NCBI GenBank assembly: GCA_963845065.1 | Contig: CAWJQQ010000008.1 | Span: forward strand, 192,001-256,000 | Reading direction: 5' to 3' | Source of the DNA: Nitrospirota bacterium | GTDB lineage: Bacteria > Nitrospirota > UBA9217 | Length of the DNA: 64,000 nucleotides | Shown: piece by piece, positions 36,956 through 46,756 of the stretch | How the letters are laid out: each line of letters begins with the position of its first letter | Numbering within the stretch: the stretch's first letter is position 1 | Program-made: the position numbers and the translations under genes | Notes under the pieces: generated by a model | Database searches by the model: none | Seen by the model: the letters and a program-made list of their open reading frames with translations, nothing else | What the model was told of the DNA's origin: nothing

Positions 36956-37092
36956 CAAACCTGTCCTTGAATACCCAGCAGTTCTACTGCTGGGATGAAA
37001 AGGACAATCCTGACGAGGTCAGGATAAGAATCTGATTGGTTTTAGGTTCTATCGGTTTTGATGCCCCGCAGCTCTGCTGCGGGGTAATTCAC
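36956..37092 (+). mobile_element. 137-bp non-autonomous IS200/IS605 derivative (MITE/PATE)
   Basis: TTTAT target then CAAAC..AATA-CCCAGCAG(TTCTA)CTGCTGGG left hairpin; right end GATG-CCCCGCAGC(TCT)GCTGCGGGG-TAAT-TCAC. Confidence 0.75.
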
Positions 37093-37301
37093 TTATATGA
37101 TTATCATGATATTTTGTAACCGGGCTTCAATGTCTTTCATAAGATCAAATAAATCCTTCAGATTTTAATGAGATGGCGTTTATCAGCACAATCGCACCAC
37201 CTATTTTCTGCGCAATAAAAACAGCTTCCTTGTAGAGACCTGAAGAGCGGAAGCAGGCCAGTTCCTCATTCGACAGAAAGCGACTGATCAACATCATGAG
37301 T

Positions 37302-39527
37302 TTAGTGGAGATGATTCGGTTCAAGACTTGCAAGTGGCTCGCGTGGTGCCAGCTTGGCCATAGCGGCGTTCCCGGACTTGTTTTTTTTATCGGAGAAAAA
37401 GACGGTCATGGGTGATTTGTCGATTGGCCATGTACCCTTTGCAATGTTCGCGGGCTCCGTTCCCTCAAAAACGAGGTAGCTATACTTGTGATAATGCGGC
37501 AGCTTCCGCGCCAGACCCGGCAGTGCTTCTGGCAGATCGGAGGCAATGAAGAGCAGAGCAAAATTGCTACCTTGTGCGGGACGCGTGGTGAGCACGACTG
37601 CATGGTTTTTTCGCGGGATGTCATCCTTCCCGATTCTTACCGAACTCCGATTGAAAGCAACACCATAATGGGATAACAGACCTGTAGCGCTGTTAGCAAA
37701 GCGGTTTTCCCAACCGATGATCGTGACTGCGCGGTCTTGCGGAAGTTCCTCGATGTCCGAATCGAGCTTTATCACGGCCTCATCGGGACCAGACCCTGCC
37801 AGGGTCTTAGCGAATGCGCGATAGGCGTTCAAAAACTCCTTATCGATGGTATCGGGTAATATGATAAGCATTTTCCGTGCGCCGAAGGCCTGCGAGATAG
37901 ACGGTGGCGTCTCGCGCCGGTCAAGTCTGCGGAAGATGTCGAATTCTGGGTCAACATCGAGCCTGAGTGGCGGTGCCGGTATCGTGATCGTAAAATCTGA
38001 CTTCATATCCTTCATCTCAACAATGGTTTGAAATGCTTGATTTTGTCCGGCCAGCGTTACGGCAAGAGGAACGCGCAGATGGTAGGCGCCTCCGGATTGG
38101 GTCTGCTCGAGCCGTACGGTTAAAATGTATTTTTTACCCACGGATGAAACCTTCGGCGGGTCGATCTTTAACCTGGGAGCACCGACTCGTGTGACCCACT
38201 GCTCAAATTCTTGCTTTAAATCCTGCCCAGACGCGGCCTCGAAACTGGTACGGAGATTATTAAACGACGCGAACTGAAACTGGTAGTCTCTGTAAAAATT
38301 CCGGAGACCCTGCTTGAACGCGGAGTCGCCGAGTTGCAGCCGTAGCATGTGAAAGAACATAAGCCCCTTGCCGTAACCGATGGCTTCTGTTGACGGGTCG
38401 TGTCGCGACCGGAACTGCGTAAGCGGGAAGTCCTTGCTTCCCAACACATAGTCGGCGTACTTTTGGAGCGTTGTCAAGCGGTATTCCCTGCCTTCACCCT
38501 GCTGTTCCTTCAAGAGGTGGTCCGCGAGATAAGCGGTCAGCCCCTCCGACCAGTTGCCCTGATCATAGTCAGGATAGACGCTGTTGCCCCACCAGTTGTG
38601 CAGGATCTCGTGAGGATAGGAAGTGTTGATGATGAAAGGGAGGCGAATGACCGTGGGCCCCAGGAGCGTGAACGACGGCATGCCGTAGCCCGTTTCCCAG
38701 AAGTTCTCGACGAGGGCGAACTTTTTATAGGGGTAGTGGCCAATGAGCCTGCTATAGAGGTCAATGTACCGCAATGTGGCATTGAGATATTGTTTCGCAA
38801 GTGTCTGGTCAGGTGTGCGCAAGAACACCATGGCTTTTATGAGACTGGTAGATTTGAGGTATTCGAAGAACCTGTTGGCTACAAGATAAATCTCTTCCTG
38901 CGGTTCCGGTGATTTCCAGCGAACAAAGTCCATATTTCCGCCTTGGTCGTGGCGAGTGCGTTCGCCCTGGCTGACCGCGTCCCAACCCGGAGGCAATTGA
39001 ACTTCCAAGGTGAAGGTTACCAGACCCGGCCCAAGATCAGGATACCACGATGAGGATCCGGAAAGAAAAACGCCGTTTTCGAAGACGATGCCCGTCGTTT
39101 CTTCGACCCCGCCCGCGTATCCCTTCCCGAGTTGTTCTATGGCATCGTAAATGCTCCCTTCATACGAAACCGTGAAGATGCGAAGCCCGGCAGGCAGGAT
39201 AACTTTGAACGATTCAAGTGGAATTGCGCCGTACTTCTGCCCCAGTCTCACGATTCGCACGAGGGGAGATGCGGGAGTTGGGTGGAGCCCACTGTGGAGA
39301 ACAAAGGTGAACTCCTGTGGAAAATTTTCCGGCAAACTGATCGTATCGATAACAGTGATGAGCCGTTCGTTAGGAGCGAGCGTTACCTTGAGGTCGTGGT
39401 GGGTGTATCCTTCGTGGGCAAGGATGGAAGAGGGGGTGCTTATCGCGATGAACACAATTATGATTGCAAGAAGAAAAGCAGGTATACCAGGGCGCTGCAT
39501 ATGGTCATTAACTTGTTTCACTATCAC
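37302..39527 (-). CDS. M1 family zinc aminopeptidase (exported)
   Basis: Signal peptide, GYGMP, HEILHNWWGN..WSEGL, IGYGKG. Confidence 0.9.
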   Translation of the reverse strand: MIVKQVNDHMQRPGIPAFLLAIIIVFIAISTPSSILAHEGYTHHDLKVTLAPNERLITVIDTISLPENFPQEFTFVLHSGLHPTPASPLVRIVRLGQKYGAIPLESFKVILPAGLRIFTVSYEGSIYDAIEQLGKGYAGGVEETTGIVFENGVFLSGSSSWYPDLGPGLVTFTLEVQLPPGWDAVSQGERTRHDQGGNMDFVRWKSPEPQEEIYLVANRFFEYLKSTSLIKAMVFLRTPDQTLAKQYLNATLRYIDLYSRLIGHYPYKKFALVENFWETGYGMPSFTLLGPTVIRLPFIINTSYPHEILHNWWGNSVYPDYDQGNWSEGLTAYLADHLLKEQQGEGREYRLTTLQKYADYVLGSKDFPLTQFRSRHDPSTEAIGYGKGLMFFHMLRLQLGDSAFKQGLRNFYRDYQFQFASFNNLRTSFEAASGQDLKQEFEQWVTRVGAPRLKIDPPKVSSVGKKYILTVRLEQTQSGGAYHLRVPLAVTLAGQNQAFQTIVEMKDMKSDFTITIPAPPLRLDVDPEFDIFRRLDRRETPPSISQAFGARKMLIILPDTIDKEFLNAYRAFAKTLAGSGPDEAVIKLDSDIEELPQDRAVTIIGWENRFANSATGLLSHYGVAFNRSSVRIGKDDIPRKNHAVVLTTRPAQGSNFALLFIASDLPEALPGLARKLPHYHKYSYLVFEGTEPANIAKGTWPIDKSPMTVFFSDKKNKSGNAAMAKLAPREPLASLEPNHLH

Positions 39528-39795
39528 GTATTGTGCCTCCCCGCCTGTTTAATGAAGAAATTATAGTCGCATTGATGTAATCTGTAAAGTGCCTTGATCG
39601 TATTTGTATGATACAATAATGCTAGATTTTAAAGAGACCCTTATTTTGAGGTTCAACCAGTTTGATGCATTCATATAATAAAACCTACCACAGAAAGGCA
39701 GAAACGCGCAGAAAAGACATTAATTTCTTTCTTCTAAGCTCTCAGCGATCTTGTTGTAAAATAAATTTTTCTTACGAATTCATCAGTTTGCCTTC

Positions 39796-40263
39796 ATGAA
39801 CATGCCCAAGACCAGCGCAGGCATACTGCTTTACAGAAGAGAGAATAATGTCCTCCGCGTGTTTCTCATCCATCCTGGTGGACCCTTCTTTGCAAAAAAG
39901 GATGCGGGTATTTGGTCCATTCCAAAAGGGGAGATCGATAAAGGCGAGGACCCTCTTGCAGCCGCGATCAGGGAATTCGAAGAAGAGACCGGCTGCATGC
40001 CTGTCGGCGCCTTCATTCCTCTTTCGCCCGTGACGCAAAAAGGAGGCAAAACCGTCTTTGCTTGGGCTGCGGAGGGAGGTTGTGACGCAGAAACGATCAA
40101 AAGCAATACATTTACGCTCGAATGGCCGATACATTCCGGTAGGATTCAGGAGTTCCCGGAAGTGGACCGGGCAGGATGGTTTACAGTTGATGAGGCAAAG
40201 CAGAAATTGCATCCGGCACAGGTCGCATTGGTGAATGAATTGCTTATCAAGTTGTCATCGTGA
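39796..40263 (+). CDS. NUDIX hydrolase
   Basis: WSIPKGEIDKGEDPLAAAIREFEEETG Nudix box; FPEVDRAGWF. Confidence 0.92.
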   Translation: MNMPKTSAGILLYRRENNVLRVFLIHPGGPFFAKKDAGIWSIPKGEIDKGEDPLAAAIREFEEETGCMPVGAFIPLSPVTQKGGKTVFAWAAEGGCDAETIKSNTFTLEWPIHSGRIQEFPEVDRAGWFTVDEAKQKLHPAQVALVNELLIKLSS

Positions 40264-40375
40264 TTTCTAAGTGTAGAATAAAGAATCCTGGAAACGCCAA
40301 GGCAAAAAGGCGCGGTCATCTTTGCAAATCTTTTGATGACATCCAATTTTTTTTGAGGGACGCGCAAATTATTAC

Positions 40376-40466
40376 TGAAATCTCCGTGCCAAGCCCCTGG
40401 TTTTAACCATGGCGAAGAAAGCGGGAATTGGGCAATCTATGCAAATGTTCATTCGTGTGCTATATA
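40376..40466 (+). mobile_element. Solo left end of the IS605-family element found at 53983 and 61504
   Basis: TTAC, 18 nt, then CCCCTGGTTTTAACCATGGCG hairpin; same spacing as full copies; tnpB promoter-like CAAATGTTCAT..TGCTATAT retained. Confidence 0.8.
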
Positions 40467-40479
40467 AGGAAGAGGACAG

Positions 40480-40860
40480 GTCGTTGCTCCGGAGGATCAA
40501 TCTCGAAAGAAGGCGGCTTACTTCCCTGAGACGCTATTCGGCGGGGAGCAGTGTGTGGCCATCGCACGGGTCCTTGCAATGAGACCGCTTGCTATGCCGT
40601 TCGGTGAGCCCACGGCGTCGCTCCATCCCGAAACCGCCGGCGAAGTGCTAGCGGTGATCAAGGACCTTATGGAGCAGGATGGCATGACAACACTGATTGC
40701 AAATCATGAGATAGGCTTTGTCCATGAGGTCGCGGAGCGAGTTGTTGTCTTCGCCGATGGCGATATCATCGATACAAGGTTGCCCGATGAACTTTTTACC
40801 GCTCCAATGCAGAAGCGGACCAGGACCTTTCTAAGACGGGTGTTGTCTAAAAACATATGA
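40480..40860 (+). pseudogene. C-terminal fragment of polar amino acid ABC ATPase (GlnQ-like)
   Basis: Degenerate GGEQCVAIARVLAMRP..FGEPTASLHPE, HEIGFVHEVAERVVVF; no Walker A. Confidence 0.8.
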
Positions 40861-40932
40861 CGAACTGCGCGGTCTCGTTTTTAATCTTCGCATGACATAC
40901 GAATATTCGGATGTGGAGGGAATGGGTTAATC

Positions 40933-41634
40933 ATGAAAAAAATTATTATATCTGAAGCCATTAAACTGATGCTGCACAAACAAGAAGGCTTTCTTCGTAG
41001 GGCCGATGTAAAAGTGTTTAGCGCGGCAACAAATGACGATATCCTTGCCATCCATCATGCGGAGAACGTTAATCTCATCATCACACAGCTCACTATGCCC
41101 GGAATCAGCAGCGAACAACTGTGTTCCACAATCAGAAAAGACGAGCGCTTGCGCCGTGTCTCCCTCTTCATGCTTTGCGGTGACACGGCAGCAGACCGTG
41201 AGCGCGTTTCGCGATGCAATCCTAACGCGGTTCTAACACATCCTTTCGACGTACATCAACTCCTGGAAAAGGCGCAGCATCTCATGGACATTCCCTGGCG
41301 GGGGTCCTTTCGGGTTCTCCTGAGCGTAAACATCGTGGGGAATAGCAAAGAAAAAGCTTTTTTCTGCCGATCGGAGAATATCAGTACGACGGGCCTCCTG
41401 CTAGAAACTGAGCGGACCTTCGTAAAAGGCGATCTCATAGCCTGCTCATTCTTCCTGCCCGACTCCCGGCAACTCGTTGCCCAAGGTGAAGTCGTCAGGA
41501 CCCTTATGCAAGGCACACAAAAGTCCCTCAACCGGTACGGCATCAAGTTTTTCGAACTTGCGCCCGAGGTCAAAACAGCCATAGAAGCCTTTGTGGAGAA
41601 AAGATATCAGCAGTCTAATTGGAAGCCATCCTGA
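40933..41634 (+). CDS. Pseudo-receiver plus PilZ domain protein
   Basis: REC-like LIITQLTMPG (no phospho-Asp), PilZ RxxxR (RGSFR) and NISTTG. Confidence 0.85.
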   Translation: MKKIIISEAIKLMLHKQEGFLRRADVKVFSAATNDDILAIHHAENVNLIITQLTMPGISSEQLCSTIRKDERLRRVSLFMLCGDTAADRERVSRCNPNAVLTHPFDVHQLLEKAQHLMDIPWRGSFRVLLSVNIVGNSKEKAFFCRSENISTTGLLLETERTFVKGDLIACSFFLPDSRQLVAQGEVVRTLMQGTQKSLNRYGIKFFELAPEVKTAIEAFVEKRYQQSNWKPS

Positions 41635-41743
41635 TATCTGCCGGTACTGGGGAAAGTGACTCTTTTTCACACGCTTTCCTGTAACCCTGCCATGTGACGG
41701 CTTATACTCCCGCGGAGATTTTTTACTCTGTACTTCCCTTTCC

Positions 41744-41772
41744 TTGACAGCGACATTACCAAGTGATATCCT
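41744..41772 (+). promoter_or_regulatory. sigma70-type promoter
   Basis: TTGACA-17bp-TATCCT with extended TG. Confidence 0.5.
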
Positions 41773-42048
41773 AAAAGAAGACAGGAATTATCCTGATAAG
41801 GTAAAAAAACCCTTGGAATAGAAAGAATGCGATTGTATGATTTTAAGATTCAGCGAAGTAAAAAATGGACGCTGCGGACAAGGCACGTTTAAAAGGCTAA
41901 ATTTACCCGACGTGGAGAATACTCCCGGGGGAAACCGGCATGAAGAACCAGAGACGGGAAACGGCTCCAAACCGACTCTCGTTTCTTATTCGAGTGCCGG
42001 TTTGTATTATTGGAATGATGAATGTCGGATTCAAAGGACAAGGAGGGC

Positions 42049-42498
42049 ATGATGTCAGATCCTCAAAAAACGGGTATGTCGAGTATAACTGATAAAATGG
42101 TCGTCATCCGGCATGCGACGGACACGGACCGGGTAAGAGTAGAAGAATATCTCAATAAGCACGGAAAGAGCGAAAACCTTAACGATGCCGAGCTCGTGAT
42201 TGCAGCAGAAAATGAACGTATTATTGGATTTGGAATCATGAAAAAAGAGCAGGACGCCGGGTGCGTCTCGCTCTTCGAGGACAGTCGACGGAAAGGGATT
42301 GGTTCATCGATCGTAAAACATCTCCTGTCCCACGAGCCCTTGAAGCGGGTTTACGCTACACATTATGCAAGCTATTTCACCAATTCCGATTTTGCGCGGG
42401 CTAAGCAGCAGCATGCCGCGCGGTCTCGCAAGAACGGCATTATGTGCCGCATGCCACTGATGGAACGGCTGGCTATTGCGGCGTATGAAAGGGCATAA
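42049..42498 (+). CDS. GNAT-like acetyltransferase
   Basis: IRHAT..D, RRKGIGSSIV acetyl-CoA motif; RBS AGGAGGG. Confidence 0.75.
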   Translation: MMSDPQKTGMSSITDKMVVIRHATDTDRVRVEEYLNKHGKSENLNDAELVIAAENERIIGFGIMKKEQDAGCVSLFEDSRRKGIGSSIVKHLLSHEPLKRVYATHYASYFTNSDFARAKQQHAARSRKNGIMCRMPLMERLAIAAYERA

Positions 42499-42519
42499 TA
42501 ACCGGTCAGGGAGCAGTAG

Positions 42520-43434
42520 ATGAACGACCATGTGTATGATTGTGTCATCATCGGCGCAGGACCGGGAGGGTTGCAGGCCGCCATCTACCTCGGAAGGTAC
42601 AACCGGGATGTACTGCTTCTCGACCGCAGCGGCGGCAGGACATGGCACGCGCATCGGATTGAAAACGTCCTTAGTCACCGCGAGATAACGGGAAGTGAAA
42701 TCATCGAACGCGGGATGGAACAGGCGAGAAGCTTCAACGTCCATATCGAACGGAATCTCGTCGTGAATGTGCGCAAGAATGGTGTATTCAACGTCTCCAC
42801 AGCGCATACGGTATATCAGGCACGTTATGTCATTGTAGCCTCAGGTGTGTATGACCTTCTCCCTCCCATCGAGAATATCTTCCGTTTTTTGGGCATAAGC
42901 TATTTTACGTGCATTGATTGCGATGGATATAAGACTACGAACAAGCGCACAATTGTTATGGGGGACCATCTTGAAAGTGTGAATATTGCCCTCGGGATGC
43001 AACAGATGTTTACCAAGGACATTACATATATTCCGTACCGGTTCAGTTTACCTGATAGTGCAGAGGAAGTGCTTCAAGAGGAAGGGATCAAGGTCGTCAG
43101 CGTCGATCCGGTGAGAATCATCGGCGAGCGGGATATGGAGGCCCTAGAGCTCAAAAGCGGAGATCGCGTACCCTGCGAGGCGATCATGGCCTCATTCGGC
43201 ATTAAATTGAACGACGAGTTTTTAGCAGATTTGCCGCTGAAGAAAGACGTACTGGGATTCAAATACGTCGTCAACACTTCGTATGAATCGTCTTTGCGGG
43301 GGCTATACATTGTAGGTCCCCTCAATACCGGTCAGGACCAGGTTGTGATTTCGGCGGGAGAAGGGGCCGTAGCCGCCATCGATATTAATAAGCGACTTTT
43401 GGAAGAAAATTATACAACAAGGGAAAGGTCATAG
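42520..43434 (+). CDS. Thioredoxin reductase-like FAD oxidoreductase
   Basis: IGAGPGG, CIDCDGY, SAGEGAVAA. Confidence 0.9.
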   Translation: MNDHVYDCVIIGAGPGGLQAAIYLGRYNRDVLLLDRSGGRTWHAHRIENVLSHREITGSEIIERGMEQARSFNVHIERNLVVNVRKNGVFNVSTAHTVYQARYVIVASGVYDLLPPIENIFRFLGISYFTCIDCDGYKTTNKRTIVMGDHLESVNIALGMQQMFTKDITYIPYRFSLPDSAEEVLQEEGIKVVSVDPVRIIGERDMEALELKSGDRVPCEAIMASFGIKLNDEFLADLPLKKDVLGFKYVVNTSYESSLRGLYIVGPLNTGQDQVVISAGEGAVAAIDINKRLLEENYTTRERS

Positions 43435-44326
43435 AAACGGGATCCGTATGATGATGTGCGATGTCGCTAAAACCGTTTTTATATATTAGAAAGACAACTA
43501 ACGCGGTACAGAGGCAGTATATACCGAAAAAATGCCAACGGCCGCGTTCTAACCAGCTTGATAGCCAGCGAAGGGCCATAAGTCCGGCGACAAAGCTCAG
43601 TACCATACCCAAAAGACTTGGATAAAAAAGGCCTGCCGTGCTTGTGATGCTCAAGGCAGGCGCATGTTGTGCCTTCAGCAATCTCAAGACTTCTCTTACG
43701 ATGATGGGCGGTGTTAGAACGACGGCAAGGGCGAAGCTAAACTCCTCCGCCCGAGCTTTCGAGATCCCCAACAGAAGTCCCGAGGATATCGTCGCTCCGG
43801 ATCGTGAGAATCCGCGAAAGGGTAGACAGATGCCTTGCACGACGCCAATCAGCGAGGATTTCTTAACATCCAAGGCGTCTTCTCCGGCAACATCATGGCT
43901 CCTCCGGCCGGCAATGATGATTAATATCCCTACGACGGCAAGCGAAGCGGAGATCATGGTCAGGTTGCCGAACAACAGCTCGATTTCCGCATGGGGATGA
44001 CCGGCCATGAAGAATTTCTCAATTATATATTTCAACAACAAACCCACAACGCCCGTAAAACCCGTGGCGATTATGATGAGCTTCACGGAAGACCAAAAAA
44101 TTTGTCGTGAGGCAAAGAAACTTGCTTTCCATGATTTCCAAAAATACAATATTACTGCGAACATCGTACCGGTATGCAGCATCACCAGGAGAAGTGTCAT
44201 TTCAGGGTTCGTAGGGTCGAGGCCCATCAATTTCTCGGCAACGATGACATGGGCTGAACTTGAGACCGGTAAGAGCTCGGCCGCCCCCTGGACCACGGCA
44301 AGTACGATAATCTGGAACAACGTCAT
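43385..44326 (-). CDS. uppP: Undecaprenyl-diphosphate phosphatase
   Basis: VQGAAELLPVSSSAH, GFSRSGATI, AEEFSFAL. Confidence 0.93.
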   Translation of the reverse strand: MTLFQIIVLAVVQGAAELLPVSSSAHVIVAEKLMGLDPTNPEMTLLLVMLHTGTMFAVILYFWKSWKASFFASRQIFWSSVKLIIIATGFTGVVGLLLKYIIEKFFMAGHPHAEIELLFGNLTMISASLAVVGILIIIAGRRSHDVAGEDALDVKKSSLIGVVQGICLPFRGFSRSGATISSGLLLGISKARAEEFSFALAVVLTPPIIVREVLRLLKAQHAPALSITSTAGLFYPSLLGMVLSFVAGLMALRWLSSWLERGRWHFFGIYCLCTALVVFLIYKNGFSDIAHHHTDPVSMTFPLLYNFLPKVAY

Positions 44327-44502
44327 ACATTAACCTCGATTCAATTAATTCTGAATCTTGTAACCATAGGTCCTGGCATACCGGGGGCATACAGGTGAAC
44401 TCTAATTAAAGAAATTCTTGAAGGAATCAAATGCATGCTCTTATTCAAGGTACGCCAATGGCGCCCGCAGTGAAAGCGGCGATTCAGTAGCAGTTTCACG
44501 GG

Positions 44503-46299
44503 TCAGTAAGCGAAGTAGGGTCCCCTACCAATATTGGAGTTCGCTCCCTCTATTCCCACATAAATGTTTCGTCCGTAAAAGAACGGAAGTCCGAAGTCGA
44601 ACAGGCTTGATTCCACTGTTGAGCCGCCGATGTCAGAAAACGCAAGATTAGGTGTGGTAGACCACAAGTCGTCGAAATCGCCGATTTGGAAGAAAACATC
44701 GTTGCTCGGTGTACCGGAGGCACCTGCATTTGTTGCGGACAGAGTTACTACTATCGGTAAAAGGGATACCGCAGATTCGGGACAGAACCAAGACAAATTG
44801 TTGCTGCAGAGCGGCAACTGGCCAGATGACGGCGGCGTGAAAAAAAGCCCGTTCGAACCGCTATCGACGACGCTGGCGTAGAGGCTGCCGTTTTGAATGG
44901 TCCTGATTTCCCCGTGATCGTCAGCGTCATACATCGCAGCCCCGGTGGACGCATTGTTAGTCTGCGTGTCAATCCCAAACACAAGGATGCCGTTGGCCGA
45001 AAGTGATCCGGCCAAGGGAACGGTCGGCAACTGAACGATCACTCCGTTACTGTCCGTGGGCAGACTTACTACGGGATTTGTAACCTGATTGGAAAGAAGA
45101 ACAGTAGTCGGGGAACAGCCTGCTCCGTTGCATGAATAATAGATTCCGATTGGTGTGTCCACGCATGTTTGACCGCAGTCTTGGGCAAACACGCCGACCC
45201 CAAGTATGCCGTTGAAGAGGGCAGTGTCCGGACTCTGTTGTAGCTGTTGTAGCGTACTGCATGAAGAGGGTACGGTGCCGAAGGTAGCATCAATGACCTC
45301 GATGGGGACAGTTACGGCTAGCTCGTTTCCCAGGACGACATCCGCTATTTTGACTGGTCCCCAGTCGGCCGAGCCGTCGGCGAACTGGGCGCACGTAGCA
45401 AGCGAACCGGTAGAACTACTCATTACCTGAGTTAGATTGACAGTCAGGGCCTGTCGGAAGATACGGAGCCCATAGCTTCCTGTGTCCAGAAGAATGTCTT
45501 TAATCGTTTGACAGGCCGTCGTGGAGCCGGGTGTGCATACCGTAATACTAACACAGGGTTTGTTGAGATACAGAGAGGTAGTATTGGGCGAACAGAGCGA
45601 GCCGTTCACAGTAATAGGTTGTACGTTGCTTGCGACGGCAGTTGATCCTCCGCTTACCGAAAGGATGGCTGAGCCCGAAGAGTTACCCGATCTGGCTCTG
45701 GCAACAATCGATGCTGTGGCTGTTGTTGCAGTGGAGACAGCAGTGGCCAAGCCGCTGGCGTTGATGACTGCGACATCTGTTGCTGATGATGCCCAGATCA
45801 CCGACGATGTAATGTCCTGACTACTGCTGTCCGAATAATTGCCGGTGGCAGTGAACTGCTGCGTCGTTAACGTTGATGTTGAAGTAATGGTTGGGTTTTG
45901 AGGTGTAACCTCAATGGATACAAGCGTTGGTGCGGTCACCGCAAGGGTCGTCGAATGAGATATGGACCCTAGCGTAGCTGTAATTGTCGTTGTGCCCGTG
46001 GATCCTGTGGATAACGAAGTGGCCAGTCCATTGAAGTTGGTAGCATTGCTGATGGCTGCGACAGACGGGGTTGATGAATTCCAGGTCACAGACGCAGTTA
46101 AATCCCGAGTGGATGAATCCGAGAAGGTCCCCCGGGCTGTAAATTGCTCGGTCATTCCAAAAGCAATGCTCGGACTTGCAGGGGTCACCGAAAGAGATAT
46201 GAGCGTCGGCGGGGCACTGTTCGATGAAGTGCTAGAACATCCGCAGTTGATAAGCAGCAAAAAAATCAGCAAAAGAAGCAACACATTATTTGATTTCAT
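44503..46299 (-). CDS. DUF3443 family lipoprotein with two Ig-like (Big_2) repeats; pepsin-like aspartic protease motifs
   Basis: Lipobox-like INCGC; repeats QFTA.G..SDSS..D.T.SV.W.SS; LLDTGSYGL, NGILGVG, VVDSGSNG, FDFGLPFFYGR. Confidence 0.85.
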   Translation of the reverse strand: MKSNNVLLLLLIFLLLINCGCSSTSSNSAPPTLISLSVTPASPSIAFGMTEQFTARGTFSDSSTRDLTASVTWNSSTPSVAAISNATNFNGLATSLSTGSTGTTTITATLGSISHSTTLAVTAPTLVSIEVTPQNPTITSTSTLTTQQFTATGNYSDSSSQDITSSVIWASSATDVAVINASGLATAVSTATTATASIVARARSGNSSGSAILSVSGGSTAVASNVQPITVNGSLCSPNTTSLYLNKPCVSITVCTPGSTTACQTIKDILLDTGSYGLRIFRQALTVNLTQVMSSSTGSLATCAQFADGSADWGPVKIADVVLGNELAVTVPIEVIDATFGTVPSSCSTLQQLQQSPDTALFNGILGVGVFAQDCGQTCVDTPIGIYYSCNGAGCSPTTVLLSNQVTNPVVSLPTDSNGVIVQLPTVPLAGSLSANGILVFGIDTQTNNASTGAAMYDADDHGEIRTIQNGSLYASVVDSGSNGLFFTPPSSGQLPLCSNNLSWFCPESAVSLLPIVVTLSATNAGASGTPSNDVFFQIGDFDDLWSTTPNLAFSDIGGSTVESSLFDFGLPFFYGRNIYVGIEGANSNIGRGPYFAY

Positions 46300-46756
46300 C
46301 AATAGTAACCCCCTGAGGCACCAATGCGGGTGCGTAAGCTCGACCTTGCAAGTGCCGCATATGCCCCCATGTTTCCACGACCACGCGGCTTGTTTTTACT
46401 TGCTGGGTTCTTCTGCCGTGTGTGTGGGGCAACTTACGCTGGGCTTCTCGGTACTCATCCGAGTAGGAGCCGAGAAGCTGAGTAAGATCAGGGTTGACCA
46501 AACCGCTCCATGCGACGGCAAAGACGATGCCGGACGAAGAGATATATTCACGAACAGTGACTGCATCGGATTCAATCTGCTGGACTGTGTAGTTTGCATG
46601 GGTAGTTGTAACACTTTGCATGGCCGAGAGGGCTTTTCGGTCGACCGTCACCGAGCCAGCCAATTCTCCCAGTACGGCCTGAACTGTCCGGGGCGTCGCA
46701 AGAACAACCGTCAACAGACTTAAGCCGGCAACTATGGAGTAAAAATTTTTTTTCAT
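46286..46756 (-). CDS. DUF2844 family exported protein
   Basis: Signal peptide, VREY..G.VFAVAW.G..PDL.QLLG.Y, GHMR..GRAY.P; adjacent to DUF3443. Confidence 0.85.
   Translation of the reverse strand: MKKNFYSIVAGLSLLTVVLATPRTVQAVLGELAGSVTVDRKALSAMQSVTTTHANYTVQQIESDAVTVREYISSSGIVFAVAWSGLVNPDLTQLLGSYSDEYREAQRKLPHTHGRRTQQVKTSRVVVETWGHMRHLQGRAYAPALVPQGVTIDEIK

Noticed and set aside
43385..43434. 50-nt convergent overlap of uppP and the TrxB-like gene
   Set aside because: Most likely a non-conserved C-terminal extension of uppP; common and uninformative
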